A DNA stretch of 64,000 nucleotides. Origin: Candidatus Egerieisoma sp. Its GTDB lineage: Bacteria > Bacteroidota > Bacteroidia > Bacteroidales > UBA932. The translations under genes were made by a program, and so were the position numbers. The first letter of the stretch is position 1, and each line of letters begins with the position of its first letter. Under the pieces are notes generated by a model. That model made no database searches and was not told the DNA's origin. It saw nothing but the letters and a program-made list of their open reading frames with translations. Positions 1-9,432 of the stretch are shown here, piece after piece. The stretch covers positions 32,043-96,042 of the forward strand of contig JAZRQU010000075.1 of assembly GCA_045650045.1 (NCBI GenBank), read 5' to 3'.

Positions 1-1
1 C

Positions 2-991
2 GATGATACATCCGCTGCAGTAATCAGGGATGAATATCTTCTATCAAACGTAATGGCAAGCCAGGAAGTTCACAGAAATTATGGTGGTGTTATTCCGGAG
101 CTGGCTTCACGTGCACACCAGCAGAATATACTTCCTGTAGTTGACCAGGCGCTTAAGAAAGCTGGAGTTACAATGGACCAGATTGATGCCATTGCATTCA
201 CCAGAGGCCCAGGCCTTCTGGGATCTCTATTGGTGGGTACTTCCTTTGCAAAAGGACTCTCTATCTCCACCGGCAAACCGCTTGTTGAGGTGAACCATCT
301 TCAGGGCCACATCCTCTCACACTTCCTTAAAGAAGAGGGCAAGGAGAACAGGTCACCTGAGTTCCCATTCCTTTCACTGCTGGTTTCCGGAGGTCACACT
401 CAAATTGTAAAAGTAACTGATTACCTTAACTTTGAGGTTATAGGACACACTATAGACGACGCCGTTGGCGAGGCATTTGACAAATGCGCCAAAATGATGG
501 GCTTGGGTTACCCGGGTGGCCCTATCGTTGACAAGCTTGCCAAAGAGGGTGACTCTAACCGCTTCAAATTCTCAAAACCGCACATCCAGGGTCTGGACTA
601 CAGCTTCAGCGGAATCAAGACCTCATTGCTGTATTTCTTGAGAGACCAGCTTAAGGAAAACCCTAACTTCATTGAAGAGAACAAGGCCGATATATGTGCA
701 TCCTTCCAGAAACACCTCATTGACATTCTTCTCGACAAACTTGTTAAAGCTGTAAAGGAGACCGGAATCAAGCAGATAACCATTGGAGGTGGTGTATCAG
801 CCAACTCAGGCCTTAGAGAAAGAATATATAATGAAGGTGTAAAGAGAGGCTGGACAACATTTATCCCTGAATTCAAGTTCACAACAGACAACGCAGCAAT
901 GATTGCAATGAGCGGATTGTGCAAATTCCGCCTTGGCATGACATGTCCAATAGATGCAGCCCCTATTTCAAGGGCAGCAGACATGAAATAA
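2..991 (+). CDS. tsaD: tRNA N6-adenosine threonylcarbamoyltransferase TsaD (Kae1/Gcp family), 5' end cut by window edge
   Basis: Frame is open from base 2 (DDTSAAVIRDEYLLSNV precedes the Met at 53). HRNYGGVIPELASRAH, VSGGHTQ and LGYPGGP are signatures of the TsaD/Kae1 family. Confidence 0.9.
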   Translation, partial: DDTSAAVIRDEYLLSNVMASQEVHRNYGGVIPELASRAHQQNILPVVDQALKKAGVTMDQIDAIAFTRGPGLLGSLLVGTSFAKGLSISTGKPLVEVNHLQGHILSHFLKEEGKENRSPEFPFLSLLVSGGHTQIVKVTDYLNFEVIGHTIDDAVGEAFDKCAKMMGLGYPGGPIVDKLAKEGDSNRFKFSKPHIQGLDYSFSGIKTSLLYFLRDQLKENPNFIEENKADICASFQKHLIDILLDKLVKAVKETGIKQITIGGGVSANSGLRERIYNEGVKRGWTTFIPEFKFTTDNAAMIAMSGLCKFRLGMTCPIDAAPISRAADMK

Positions 992-1026
992 CGGGTGGCG
1001 CAGTACACCCTTTTAACCAGCAATTT

Positions 1027-2604
1027 ATGAAAGAGGTAGAAGTTGTATTTCCTGCAAAGTTCAATCCTACAGACAAGGATATAATAGCCGCATGTGAAAA
1101 GGCATTGAGGGCCCGACCGGGCGCAGTAATCTCACACGAGGTAAGAAAACGCTCTTTGGATGCCCGCGGCGGAGACATCAAATTCAGATATAGGGTAAAT
1201 GTGGCGCTAAGAGGAATGGAACCAATTGAGCCATACAAACTTGCAGAATTTAAAGATGTTCATGACGCTGAGCCTGTAATTATTGTAGGATGCGGCCCTG
1301 CAGGGCTATTTGCAGCATTAAAACTTGTACAGCTCGGCCTGAAGCCAATTGTTCTTGAGCGCGGAAAAGATGTGCACCAGCGCAAATTTGACATGGCAAA
1401 ACTCTCCCGCGAGCAGAAAGTGAACCCCAACTCCAACTACTGCTTTGGAGAGGGAGGTGCAGGTACCTTCTCAGACGGAAAACTCTATACCCGTTCTACC
1501 AAAAAGGGTGACATAAGGGAAATACTCAATCTGTTTGTACACTTTGGAGCAGACCCTTCAATATTGATAGAATCCCATGCCCACATAGGATCCGACAAGC
1601 TTCCCCGCGTAATTGAAAACATGCGCAACTGTGTAATTGAGCATGGAGGGGAGGTGCATTTCAATTCACACGTAGTTGACTTTGTGCAAAATGGTGACAA
1701 ATGGGATTCCGTTGTGGAAGATGTAAATCTTCCCGATGGTGATTCGTCGGGAAGAAAAATATACTCCGCTAAAAATATCATACTTGCAACAGGCCACTCG
1801 GCAAGGGACATCTATGAATTGTTCAACGCCAAAGGGTGGACAATTGAGCCAAAAGGTTTTGCACTTGGAGTACGTGTGGAGCACCCGCAATCGTTAATAA
1901 ACAACATCCAGTACCACGGAAAATACCAGCCATACTTGCCTACTGCAGAGTATTCTCTTGTAGCACAGGTAGATGGCAGGGGTGTATTCTCATTCTGCAT
2001 GTGTCCTGGAGGAATCCTTGTACCGGCTGCAACATCAGAAGGTGAAATGGTTCTCAACGGAATGAGCAATTCTGCCCGCAACTCAAAATGGGCAAATGCG
2101 GGTGTTGTAGTACAGGTAAACCCGGAGGATGTTCCGGAGTATGCAGAACACGGCCCGCTTCAGGTATTGAGATTCCAGCAGGATGTGGAGCGCAAACTGT
2201 TTGCAAACAGCAACAGCATAATGGCTCCGGCACAGAGAATGGAAGACTTCTGCCGCGGCATTGTTTCAAAAGACCTTCCTGAGACATCATACAAACCGGG
2301 AGCCTATCCTGCCCCACTCCACGAGCTGCTGCCTCCGTTTGTAGCAACCCGTCTACAGAAGGCATTCCCCGAGTTCAACAAGAAGATGCGCGGCTACTAC
2401 ACCAACAAAGCCCTTTTGCTGGCTGTTGAGTCACGCACATCATCACCGGTAAGGATTCCAAGAGATAAAGAGACCCTGCAGCATGTCTCACTTCCAGGTA
2501 TATACCCTTGCGGAGAAGGTGCAGGCTACGCAGGAGGAATAGTCTCATCCGCCATGGACGGAATCAACTGTGCGGTGAAGATATTTTCCGGGGAAGAACA
2601 ATAA
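1027..2604 (+). CDS. NAD(P)/FAD-dependent oxidoreductase (COG2509-type FAD-dependent protein)
   Basis: ORF-track start 919 is a GTG overlapping tsaD; the first ATG at 1027 (MKEVEVVF) is the likely start. GxGxxG dinucleotide fold IIVGCGPAGLFAALKL and C-terminal CGEGAGYAGGI. Confidence 0.8.
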   Translation: MKEVEVVFPAKFNPTDKDIIAACEKALRARPGAVISHEVRKRSLDARGGDIKFRYRVNVALRGMEPIEPYKLAEFKDVHDAEPVIIVGCGPAGLFAALKLVQLGLKPIVLERGKDVHQRKFDMAKLSREQKVNPNSNYCFGEGGAGTFSDGKLYTRSTKKGDIREILNLFVHFGADPSILIESHAHIGSDKLPRVIENMRNCVIEHGGEVHFNSHVVDFVQNGDKWDSVVEDVNLPDGDSSGRKIYSAKNIILATGHSARDIYELFNAKGWTIEPKGFALGVRVEHPQSLINNIQYHGKYQPYLPTAEYSLVAQVDGRGVFSFCMCPGGILVPAATSEGEMVLNGMSNSARNSKWANAGVVVQVNPEDVPEYAEHGPLQVLRFQQDVERKLFANSNSIMAPAQRMEDFCRGIVSKDLPETSYKPGAYPAPLHELLPPFVATRLQKAFPEFNKKMRGYYTNKALLLAVESRTSSPVRIPRDKETLQHVSLPGIYPCGEGAGYAGGIVSSAMDGINCAVKIFSGEEQ

Positions 2605-2690
2605 GGGAGTTCTCCGTGCTTTTGTCCACGCAAAAATTCCCAAAAGGCTTGACCTTTGACTTGAGATACAGACAGCTATAACAAGATTTC

Positions 2691-2729
2691 AGTGTGCCAT
2701 CCGTTAAGATTCCCAACGGATGGCACACT
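2691..2729 (+). terminator. Perfect 15-bp-stem hairpin (AGTGTGCCATCCGTT / AACGGATGGCACACT, 9-nt loop) ~90 nt downstream of the oxidoreductase gene; possible terminator, no T-tract
   Basis: Inverted repeat read directly at 2691-2705 and 2715-2729. Confidence 0.35.
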
Positions 2730-2830
2730 TGCCATTTACTATAGTGTATTACAATAAGTGTAGAACGTGCCATCGTCTTGGAACTGGCATCAAAAATTAC
2801 TATATTGCAAAAAACACAGAAAACAATATT

Positions 2831-3826
2831 ATGAAAAAACTGGTTACATTACTTGTAATGGCCCTGTTTGCATCACAGGCCATGGCGCAAATCAATATGA
2901 AAGATTCTACTGTACAGGTAGTTGCATATTGGGAAAAGGGGGAGAAATACAATTACTCTTTAAAAACATATGACTACAAAATAACTGGGAATGATACAAC
3001 ATGGACATCCAGAACCAACAGTATCTTCAGTATAGAAGTAATTGACAGCACAGCTACCGGTTATTTACTCAAATACACATCCCTGGATGAGATGGGCACA
3101 TCATCGCTAAAAGGAGATGAAGACTTCTCAAAAAAAATAGAGAAACTGGCTTCAAATATTCCATTAATATTAAAAACTGATGAATGGGGGTATTTTGAAG
3201 GTATAGAAAACTTTGAAGAGTACCGGAAACAATTGAATCAAGTTATAGATCTTGCATTTGAAGAGGTTGAAAAGTTACTGGATGCCCAAAGCAAGGAGCA
3301 AAAACTCAGCAAGAAAGAGAAAAAAGAGCTAAAGGATCAGACAAGCACTATGGTAGCCAAACTGAAAACATTGTTCAATAATGAGAATTATGTGTACAAA
3401 TCCATTGAACCTCTAACCGCAATTCTTACATTTCATGGTGGTGAATTTGAAATAAGAAAAGAATATACAAGTGAAAGTAAAACCCCGTCACCTTTTGAAG
3501 AAGGGAAATCTTTGAATTCACATAACTCTTATGGTGTATACAGTTATAATCCCGAAAATAGTGTAACAACTTTTTTTCTGGAACAGGTATATGACAACAA
3601 TCAGCTCACTGAAGCCACTCTTGCAATGTTAAATAAATTACTGCCAGAAGATCAGAAACTTACAGAATTGCCTGAAAACCAGAAACTGGAAATGAGTATA
3701 TTGACCATGGTGGATGTACACACATACACCGGCTGGCCAACATACGGACTTAATGTACAATTGACAACATCCCAAGATGTGAAAAAAATCAAAAAATGGG
3801 AGGTTGATATAATCCTGGAGGATTAA
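2831..3826 (+). CDS. Hypothetical exported protein
   Basis: ORF-track start 2720 lies inside the upstream hairpin. ATG at 2831 gives the signal peptide MKKLVTLLVMALFASQAMA|Q. No recognisable catalytic motif; AT-rich. Confidence 0.7.
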   Translation: MKKLVTLLVMALFASQAMAQINMKDSTVQVVAYWEKGEKYNYSLKTYDYKITGNDTTWTSRTNSIFSIEVIDSTATGYLLKYTSLDEMGTSSLKGDEDFSKKIEKLASNIPLILKTDEWGYFEGIENFEEYRKQLNQVIDLAFEEVEKLLDAQSKEQKLSKKEKKELKDQTSTMVAKLKTLFNNENYVYKSIEPLTAILTFHGGEFEIRKEYTSESKTPSPFEEGKSLNSHNSYGVYSYNPENSVTTFFLEQVYDNNQLTEATLAMLNKLLPEDQKLTELPENQKLEMSILTMVDVHTYTGWPTYGLNVQLTTSQDVKKIKKWEVDIILED

Positions 3827-5082
3827 ATTGTTTCCTCGCAGATATTGCCAATCTTTGATTTGTCATACGGCCTCTCCACACGGATGTAGTTGCCGGTATA
3901 ACCATACATCATACCACCTTTCTGGGTTGACTCAAATAACACCCATTGGGTGGTATTTTTATGTCTTGCAACATACTCTTCGTGCAACTGCTCTGAGAGT
4001 TTTGTCAACGCCTCTACCCTTGCAGTCTTGGTTGCCTCGTGTACCTGGTCAGGCATTTCAGCCGCAGGAGTATTGGCCCGTCGGGAGTAAGGGAACACAT
4101 GGATGAATGCTGGTTTTATGGTGTTTTTCAAGAAGTTGTAGCATTTTTCAAACTCCTCGTCGGTCTCACCAGGGAAGCCTACTATTACATCAATTCCAAA
4201 GAAAACGTCTCCCATAATGCGGCGGACCATCCCAATCTTTTCAGCAAACATTGCTGTGGTATAGCGGCGGCGCATGACTTTAAGTACAGCATCTGAGCCG
4301 CATTGCAGAGGAATGTGGAAATGGTTCTGGAATTTTGTACCGCTGGCAATCCACTCAATTATATCTTCGCGCAAAAGGTTTGGTTCAATTGAAGAGATAC
4401 GGTATCTCTCAATTCCTTCAACCTCATTAAGAGCTTTTAGAAGATCAAGAAAATCTTCGCCGGTTGTACGTCCGTAATCGCCGGTATTTACACCTGTAAG
4501 GACAACCTCCTTAATACCTTTGGCTGCAATGGCTTTTGCCTCCTCTACCAATACTGAGATGGGTAGATTACGGCTCTTGCCGCGGGCCAGTGGAATTGTA
4601 CAGTATGAACAATGGTAGTTGCAACCGTCCTGAACTTTAAGGAAAGAACGGGTTCTCTCACCGCTTGAAAATGCAGGGAAAATGGTTTCAACTTCGTTGA
4701 TGGCACAAGAGTATGAACGGGCAGTGCCCTGTTTTGCTGGGAGTTCACTTACCAACTGGAACACATCCCCTTTACGGTCTGCTCCCACAACAAGATCAAC
4801 ACCCTCAATTGCCATAATCTCTGCAGGTTTCAGCTGGGCATAGCAACCTGTAACTGCTATAATTGCATCTGGGTTCTGCTTGTGGAGCTTCCTTATGGCC
4901 TGACGGCATTTTTTGTCGGCGTGCTCAGTAACGCTGCAGGTATTTATCACATAAATGTCTGCTGGCTTGTTCTGCGCAACCTTCACGTAACCGTTGTCGA
5001 GAAACTGCTGGGCTATAGTGGAAGTTTCTGAAAAGTTAAGTTTACACCCTAATGTTACAAATGCTACTGTCTTGTCTGTCAT
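3823..5082 (-). CDS. mtaB: tRNA t6A37 methylthiotransferase MtaB (radical SAM MTTase)
   Basis: N-terminal MTTase domain VAFVTLGCKLNFSE and radical-SAM CNYHCSYC (CxxxCxxC). Size and N-terminus fit MtaB better than MiaB. Confidence 0.85.
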   Translation of the reverse strand: MTDKTVAFVTLGCKLNFSETSTIAQQFLDNGYVKVAQNKPADIYVINTCSVTEHADKKCRQAIRKLHKQNPDAIIAVTGCYAQLKPAEIMAIEGVDLVVGADRKGDVFQLVSELPAKQGTARSYSCAINEVETIFPAFSSGERTRSFLKVQDGCNYHCSYCTIPLARGKSRNLPISVLVEEAKAIAAKGIKEVVLTGVNTGDYGRTTGEDFLDLLKALNEVEGIERYRISSIEPNLLREDIIEWIASGTKFQNHFHIPLQCGSDAVLKVMRRRYTTAMFAEKIGMVRRIMGDVFFGIDVIVGFPGETDEEFEKCYNFLKNTIKPAFIHVFPYSRRANTPAAEMPDQVHEATKTARVEALTKLSEQLHEEYVARHKNTTQWVLFESTQKGGMMYGYTGNYIRVERPYDKSKIGNICEETI

Positions 5083-5105
5083 ATTCTCTTGTTTGCCAAT
5101 TCAAT

Positions 5106-5456
5106 TTATAGATTCATGGTTACCCTTGAGGCGAATACCTGTCCTCCCAAAGGAGGATTGAGTTTTGAGATCTGTACCTGGGCACGCTCAATGTATGGGA
5201 ACTGAGCCTTTACGGCATCAAGGATTCTCCTTGCAACATGCTCCAACAGGTGTGATTTTATCTCCATCTGCTCTTTTATCACGTTGTATATCAACTGATA
5301 ATTTAGGGCATCTTCTATATTGTCTGTGGCAGCAGGTTTGCTTAAGTCTGCTTCTGCCCAGAAGTTTACAAGAAATTTATTCCCGATGATCTGTTCTTCC
5401 TCAAAACATCCGTGATATGCATAGAAATGCATGTCAATTAATTCTACTCTGTCCAT
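5106..5456 (-). CDS. folB: Dihydroneopterin aldolase FolB
   Basis: ORF-track start 5531 runs into the upstream hairpin; ATG at 5456 (MDRVELIDMHF) gives ~116 aa. YAYHGCFEEEQIIGNKFLV and ALNYQLIY fit the FolB pattern and size. Confidence 0.7.
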   Translation of the reverse strand: MDRVELIDMHFYAYHGCFEEEQIIGNKFLVNFWAEADLSKPAATDNIEDALNYQLIYNVIKEQMEIKSHLLEHVARRILDAVKAQFPYIERAQVQISKLNPPLGGQVFASRVTMNL

Positions 5457-5481
5457 ATAATTTATAATATTTGAGAAACAT

Positions 5482-5568
5482 TTTGAAATAGGGGACGACG
5501 CAGTCTCCTCTGCTTCGTCATTGCTTCGCAATAACTCGCAACCGTCGAATGAGGTCCCCTATTTCAAA
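5482..5568 (-). other. Long hairpin / structured element: 15-bp perfect outer stem (TTTGAAATAGGGGAC / GTCCCCTATTTCAAA) enclosing 57 nt, between the methyltransferase stop and the folB start
   Basis: Arms read directly at 5482-5496 and 5554-5568. The inner part has further short complementary runs. Function (terminator versus leader RNA) unresolved. Confidence 0.4.
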
Positions 5569-5607
5569 TTATTCCTCAATTCTTTTTCAATTATATTAAT
5601 AACTCTT

Positions 5608-6315
5608 TTAACCCAACAGCACGAATACACATGGCCTTTTGCCAATCTCCAGCGGAGCTTTCTTCCAGTCGGCAACCGACTTGGTGATGATTATCTGGGT
5701 TGGGAGTGTTATGTCTGCGGCTACGCAGATTCTGGTTTTTGGGGCGCAGGTTGAGAGCATGTCTGCAAACAGCTGGCCATTGCGGTAAGGGGTCTCAATA
5801 ATTATTTGAGACTGTTTAAGCTGCTGGGAAACTTTCTCAATCAGTTTGATTTTGGCTTTCCTTTCATCGGGCTTTACAGGAAGATAGCCTGTAAATGCAA
5901 AGCACTGGCCGTTGAGGCCGCTGCCCATAAGTGCCATCATCAAAGAGGAAGGTCCTACAAGAGGACAAACCTCAATGCCGTGTCTGTGAGCAAGGTCAAC
6001 AAGCTGTGCACCCGGATCTGCAACGGCAGGAAGTCCGGCCTCGGAGATTAGTCCTACATCATTGCCATCGAGAAGAATTTTAATATAACTCTCAATTTGG
6101 GCAATTGGGGTGTGCTCATTCAGTTCATACATCTGAAGCTGTTCAATACCCCCCTTCAGGCCTGCTCTTGAAAGATATCTCCTCACAGTCCTGAACTCTT
6201 CAACCACATAATGGTTGATATTGTGCAACAGATCCAACACATAAGAAGGAATTACCTCCTTAGGGTCATTGTCTCCAAGAGGAGACGGAATAAGATATAA
6301 TTTTCCTTTGCTCAT
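5608..6315 (-). CDS. SAM-dependent methyltransferase, tetrapyrrole-methylase fold (RsmI-like)
   Basis: ORF-track start 6324 is TTG; ATG at 6315 (MSKGKLYLIPSPLG). GLISEAGLPAVADPG and ETPYRN resemble RsmI-family motifs. Confidence 0.75.
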   Translation of the reverse strand: MSKGKLYLIPSPLGDNDPKEVIPSYVLDLLHNINHYVVEEFRTVRRYLSRAGLKGGIEQLQMYELNEHTPIAQIESYIKILLDGNDVGLISEAGLPAVADPGAQLVDLAHRHGIEVCPLVGPSSLMMALMGSGLNGQCFAFTGYLPVKPDERKAKIKLIEKVSQQLKQSQIIIETPYRNGQLFADMLSTCAPKTRICVAADITLPTQIIITKSVADWKKAPLEIGKRPCVFVLLG

Positions 6316-6353
6316 AGAAGACAAAGGTAGGGAAAAATATCTAACTTTGCAGT

Positions 6354-7145
6354 ATGGGAAAAATCACATTTTTAGGTACAGGAACATCTCAGGGCGTTCC
6401 AATGATTGGATGCAGCTGCCCTGTCTGCACATCGGAGAATCCAAAGGACAACAGACTCCGCACCTCTGCACTTGTAGAGGTTGACGGTTTCCGCATACTC
6501 ATAGATTGCGGACCGGATTTCCGCCAGCAGATGCTGCGTGAGAAAATAACTGATATAGACGCAGTTATCCTCACCCACCAACATAAAGACCACACAGGAG
6601 GCATGGATGACATCCGTGCATTCAACTACTTCCGCAAGGAGGCATTTCCCATCTACGCAGAGAGAAATGTGCAGGACTCCCTCAAAATGGAGTACTCTTA
6701 TGCTTTTGCAGAATACAAATACCCCGGAGTGCCGGAATACAAACTGCACACAATTGATGAAAATCCTTTCACAATTTCCAAGGTTCTTCCCGACGGAAAC
6801 ACAATATCCCTAACAGTCACACCAATAAGAGTTTTCCACTACATGCTACCTATCCTTGGATTCAGGTTTGGCAACATGGCATACATTACCGACGGAAGCA
6901 GGATACCAGAAGAGGAATTTAAAAAACTGAGAGGACTTGACCTTTTCATCATCAATACCGTACGAAAGGAGAAACACATTTCCCACTTCTCTTTGCCGGA
7001 GGCTCTTGATATAATAAAAAAGGTAGCCGCTCCACGCAACTACCTTACTCATCTGTCTCACCAGATTGGCACTTATGCACATCTGGAATCAATATTGCCA
7101 AGCAATGTACAGCCTGCCTACGACGGGCTTAAACTTGATTTCTAG
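6354..7145 (+). CDS. MBL-fold metallo-hydrolase (PhnP/GPMB-like)
   Basis: HQHKDHTGG (HxHxDH) metallo-beta-lactamase motif; 263 aa. Confidence 0.85.
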   Translation: MGKITFLGTGTSQGVPMIGCSCPVCTSENPKDNRLRTSALVEVDGFRILIDCGPDFRQQMLREKITDIDAVILTHQHKDHTGGMDDIRAFNYFRKEAFPIYAERNVQDSLKMEYSYAFAEYKYPGVPEYKLHTIDENPFTISKVLPDGNTISLTVTPIRVFHYMLPILGFRFGNMAYITDGSRIPEEEFKKLRGLDLFIINTVRKEKHISHFSLPEALDIIKKVAAPRNYLTHLSHQIGTYAHLESILPSNVQPAYDGLKLDF

Positions 7146-8416
7146 CGGCTTATAACACCGCTTCCAATCATCTCCTCCTCACCATGGGTGTACCACGCGG
7201 CAAACTGACCTGCCGAGATACCCCTCTGCGGTTTGTCAAACACTATGTACAGTCCGTCTTCCTCCCTGTAAAGGGTTGCCTGCTGAAGAGGCTGGCGGTA
7301 CCTGATACGCACCATATAGCGTCGGCGCTCGCCTACCTTAAGCTCCAGGTCTTCCCTTATCCAATGGATCTCCTCATTATAGATCTTCAAGCCTTTACGG
7401 TACAATCCGGGATGCGAATGTCCCTCACCAACATATATGATATTGTTCTCAATATCAATTGAAATAATGAAGATTGATTCCTTATGTCCACCAATATTCA
7501 ATCCACGGCGCTGGCCTATGGTATAGAATTGGGCACCGGTATGTTTTCCAATCACCTTGCCGTCTGCTGGGGTATAGGCTGCTGGGGCAGCAAGTTTCTG
7601 CAACTCGTCGGGAGTATAATCTATATATCTCTCTCCCAACTCATTAGGAGTTAGAATTACATTTCCTTCAAGGTCTGCAACGCACTCACCTGCTTTTAAA
7701 GCCTGCTGGGTAAACGGTTCCCTCTCCTGCTCGGTTGCAAAGATCTCCACAACATTTCCCTCCTTTGACTTAAGTTTCTGTTGAAGGAAAACAGGAAGGT
7801 CTACTTTACCTACAAAGCATATTCCCTGGGAATCCTTCTTCTCCGCACTTGGAAGTCCTGCCTCCTTGGCAAGTCGTCTTACCTCAGGTTTGTCAATGTC
7901 ACCTATCGGGAAAAGGGCCTTTGAAAGCTGCTCCTGCGAAAGCTGGCAAAGGAAATAGCTCTGGTCCTTGTTCTTGTCGTCACCGGCAAGGATACGGTAA
8001 ATCTTCTCACCCTTCTCATTTACAAACTCATCCTTCTTGCAGTAATGGCCGGTTGCAACATAATCCACACCAAGCTCAAGGGCGCATTTGAGAAAAGCAT
8101 CAAACTTTATCTCCCTGTTGCAGAGCACGTCGGGATTAGGGGTACGTCCCTTCTCATACTCGCTGAACATATAGTCCACAACCTTCTGGCGGTAGATGTC
8201 GCTCAAATCCACAAAATGGAAAGGAATGCCAATCTTCTTGGCAACCATCTCGGCTACAAACCTGTCCTCCTCCCATTCACAATCTCCATGGAGTGTGCCT
8301 GTGGTATCGTGCCAATTCTGCATGAACAACGCAACCACATCATGACCTGCCTTTTTGAGCAAAAGTGCCGCAACACTTGAATCAACTCCTCCCGATAATC
8401 CTACTGCTATCTTCAT
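7142..8416 (-). CDS. mnmA: tRNA 2-thiouridine(34) synthase MnmA (long form, ~55-aa internal insertion)
   Basis: PP-loop SGGVDSS, CNREIKF, and a conserved C-terminal barrel region; 424 aa. Confidence 0.9.
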   Translation of the reverse strand: MKIAVGLSGGVDSSVAALLLKKAGHDVVALFMQNWHDTTGTLHGDCEWEEDRFVAEMVAKKIGIPFHFVDLSDIYRQKVVDYMFSEYEKGRTPNPDVLCNREIKFDAFLKCALELGVDYVATGHYCKKDEFVNEKGEKIYRILAGDDKNKDQSYFLCQLSQEQLSKALFPIGDIDKPEVRRLAKEAGLPSAEKKDSQGICFVGKVDLPVFLQQKLKSKEGNVVEIFATEQEREPFTQQALKAGECVADLEGNVILTPNELGERYIDYTPDELQKLAAPAAYTPADGKVIGKHTGAQFYTIGQRRGLNIGGHKESIFIISIDIENNIIYVGEGHSHPGLYRKGLKIYNEEIHWIREDLELKVGERRRYMVRIRYRQPLQQATLYREEDGLYIVFDKPQRGISAGQFAAWYTHGEEEMIGSGVISR

Positions 8417-8418
8417 AT

Positions 8419-9432
8419 CTATCTAATTTTCTTTTTATTAAGTACTGCCTGATACTCTCTGGCATTCCTGTTGTGCTCTACAAGAGTTCTGGCAAACCTG
8501 TGTGTACCGTCCATTGAAGGACTCGCACAAAAATACAAATAATTATGCTTCTCATACCCAAGCACCGCTTCAATTCCTTTAATGCTTGGAATGGTTATAG
8601 GGCCAGGAGGAAGTCCAATGTTTTTATAAGTATTATAAGGAGAATCAACTTTCAGGTGCCTGAAAAGTATCCTTTTAATGGATGGATCCCCAAGTGCAAA
8701 TTTTACAGTAGGATCTGCATCAAGTTTCATCCCTCTCTTAAGCCTGTTCATATACACTCCGGCAACCCTTGGCATCTCCGGACCATAATTGGTCTCTTCA
8801 CAAACAATCGAAGCAAGTACAGAGACCTCCTGAGGAGTAAGGCCAATCTGGGAAGCTTTTGCAGTTCTCTCTGTGTTCCAGAACTTTTCATACTCCTTCT
8901 TCATCCTCTCCACAAACTTTTCCGGTGTAATTGTCCAATAAACCTCATAAGTATTTGGAAGGAACATACTCATAAAATTCTCCTTGTTGAACCCGCAACC
9001 TTTCCACACATCCTCCCTGCACAAATACTCCATAAATGCAGCAGAATCAGCTGCCAGTTTCTTTCCAAGTATTCCCGACAGTTTCTCCAATCCCCTGATA
9101 TTGCCGCTGAGAGTGAGCATCATAGGGTTCTCCCAACCCATTGCCAGTGTCCTTACAATCTCCTTGTTGGTTTTGTCGGGAGTAAAAATGTACCTTCCTG
9201 GTTTGAACTTTTCTTCAAGCGAAGCCCTTTGGGCAACCTTGCCGAATGACTTCATGTCTCCCACTGCTGTTGCAATGGAATCCAACATCTGTCCATAAGT
9301 GCTCTCCAGCGGAATATAGACTGTAGTTTTTTGGACAACACTTTTCTTGTACTCATTAAGGTATCTTGGAACTGCCACTGCTGCAACGCCTATAATGACA
9401 CCAATAATTGAGCCTATAATTATCTTTTTCAT
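8419..9432 (-). CDS. mltG: Endolytic murein transglycosylase MltG (YceG-like)
   Basis: N-terminal membrane anchor; LASIVCEET and YNTYKNIGLPPGPI YceG-domain motifs. Confidence 0.85.
   Translation of the reverse strand: MKKIIIGSIIGVIIGVAAVAVPRYLNEYKKSVVQKTTVYIPLESTYGQMLDSIATAVGDMKSFGKVAQRASLEEKFKPGRYIFTPDKTNKEIVRTLAMGWENPMMLTLSGNIRGLEKLSGILGKKLAADSAAFMEYLCREDVWKGCGFNKENFMSMFLPNTYEVYWTITPEKFVERMKKEYEKFWNTERTAKASQIGLTPQEVSVLASIVCEETNYGPEMPRVAGVYMNRLKRGMKLDADPTVKFALGDPSIKRILFRHLKVDSPYNTYKNIGLPPGPITIPSIKGIEAVLGYEKHNYLYFCASPSMDGTHRFARTLVEHNRNAREYQAVLNKKKIR

Noticed and set aside
919-1026. N-terminal extensions implied by ORF-track starts (919, 2720, 5531, 6324, 17226, 19868, 20962, 31554, 44236, 45171)
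   Set aside because: Several of these starts are GTG/TTG codons that overlap the upstream gene or a hairpin. Downstream ATGs give canonical N-termini, signal peptides or lipoboxes, so the shorter models were preferred.
5457-5607. THF (folate) riboswitch upstream of folB
   Set aside because: The sequence does not resemble the THF-I or THF-II consensus as I remember them. Only a generic long hairpin is evident, and it is reported as an unexplained structure instead.
8545-9249. 234-aa plus-strand ORF, together with similar long antisense ORFs (28429..28968, 29468..29977, 19742..20224, 42130..42705, 44340..44801, 39829..40293)
   Set aside because: Each is fully antisense to a CDS with strong family motifs (MltG, glutaminyl cyclase plus riboswitch, GT4, the 1004-aa protein, pilin). 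Each has a low-complexity or odd composition and no signal of its own.
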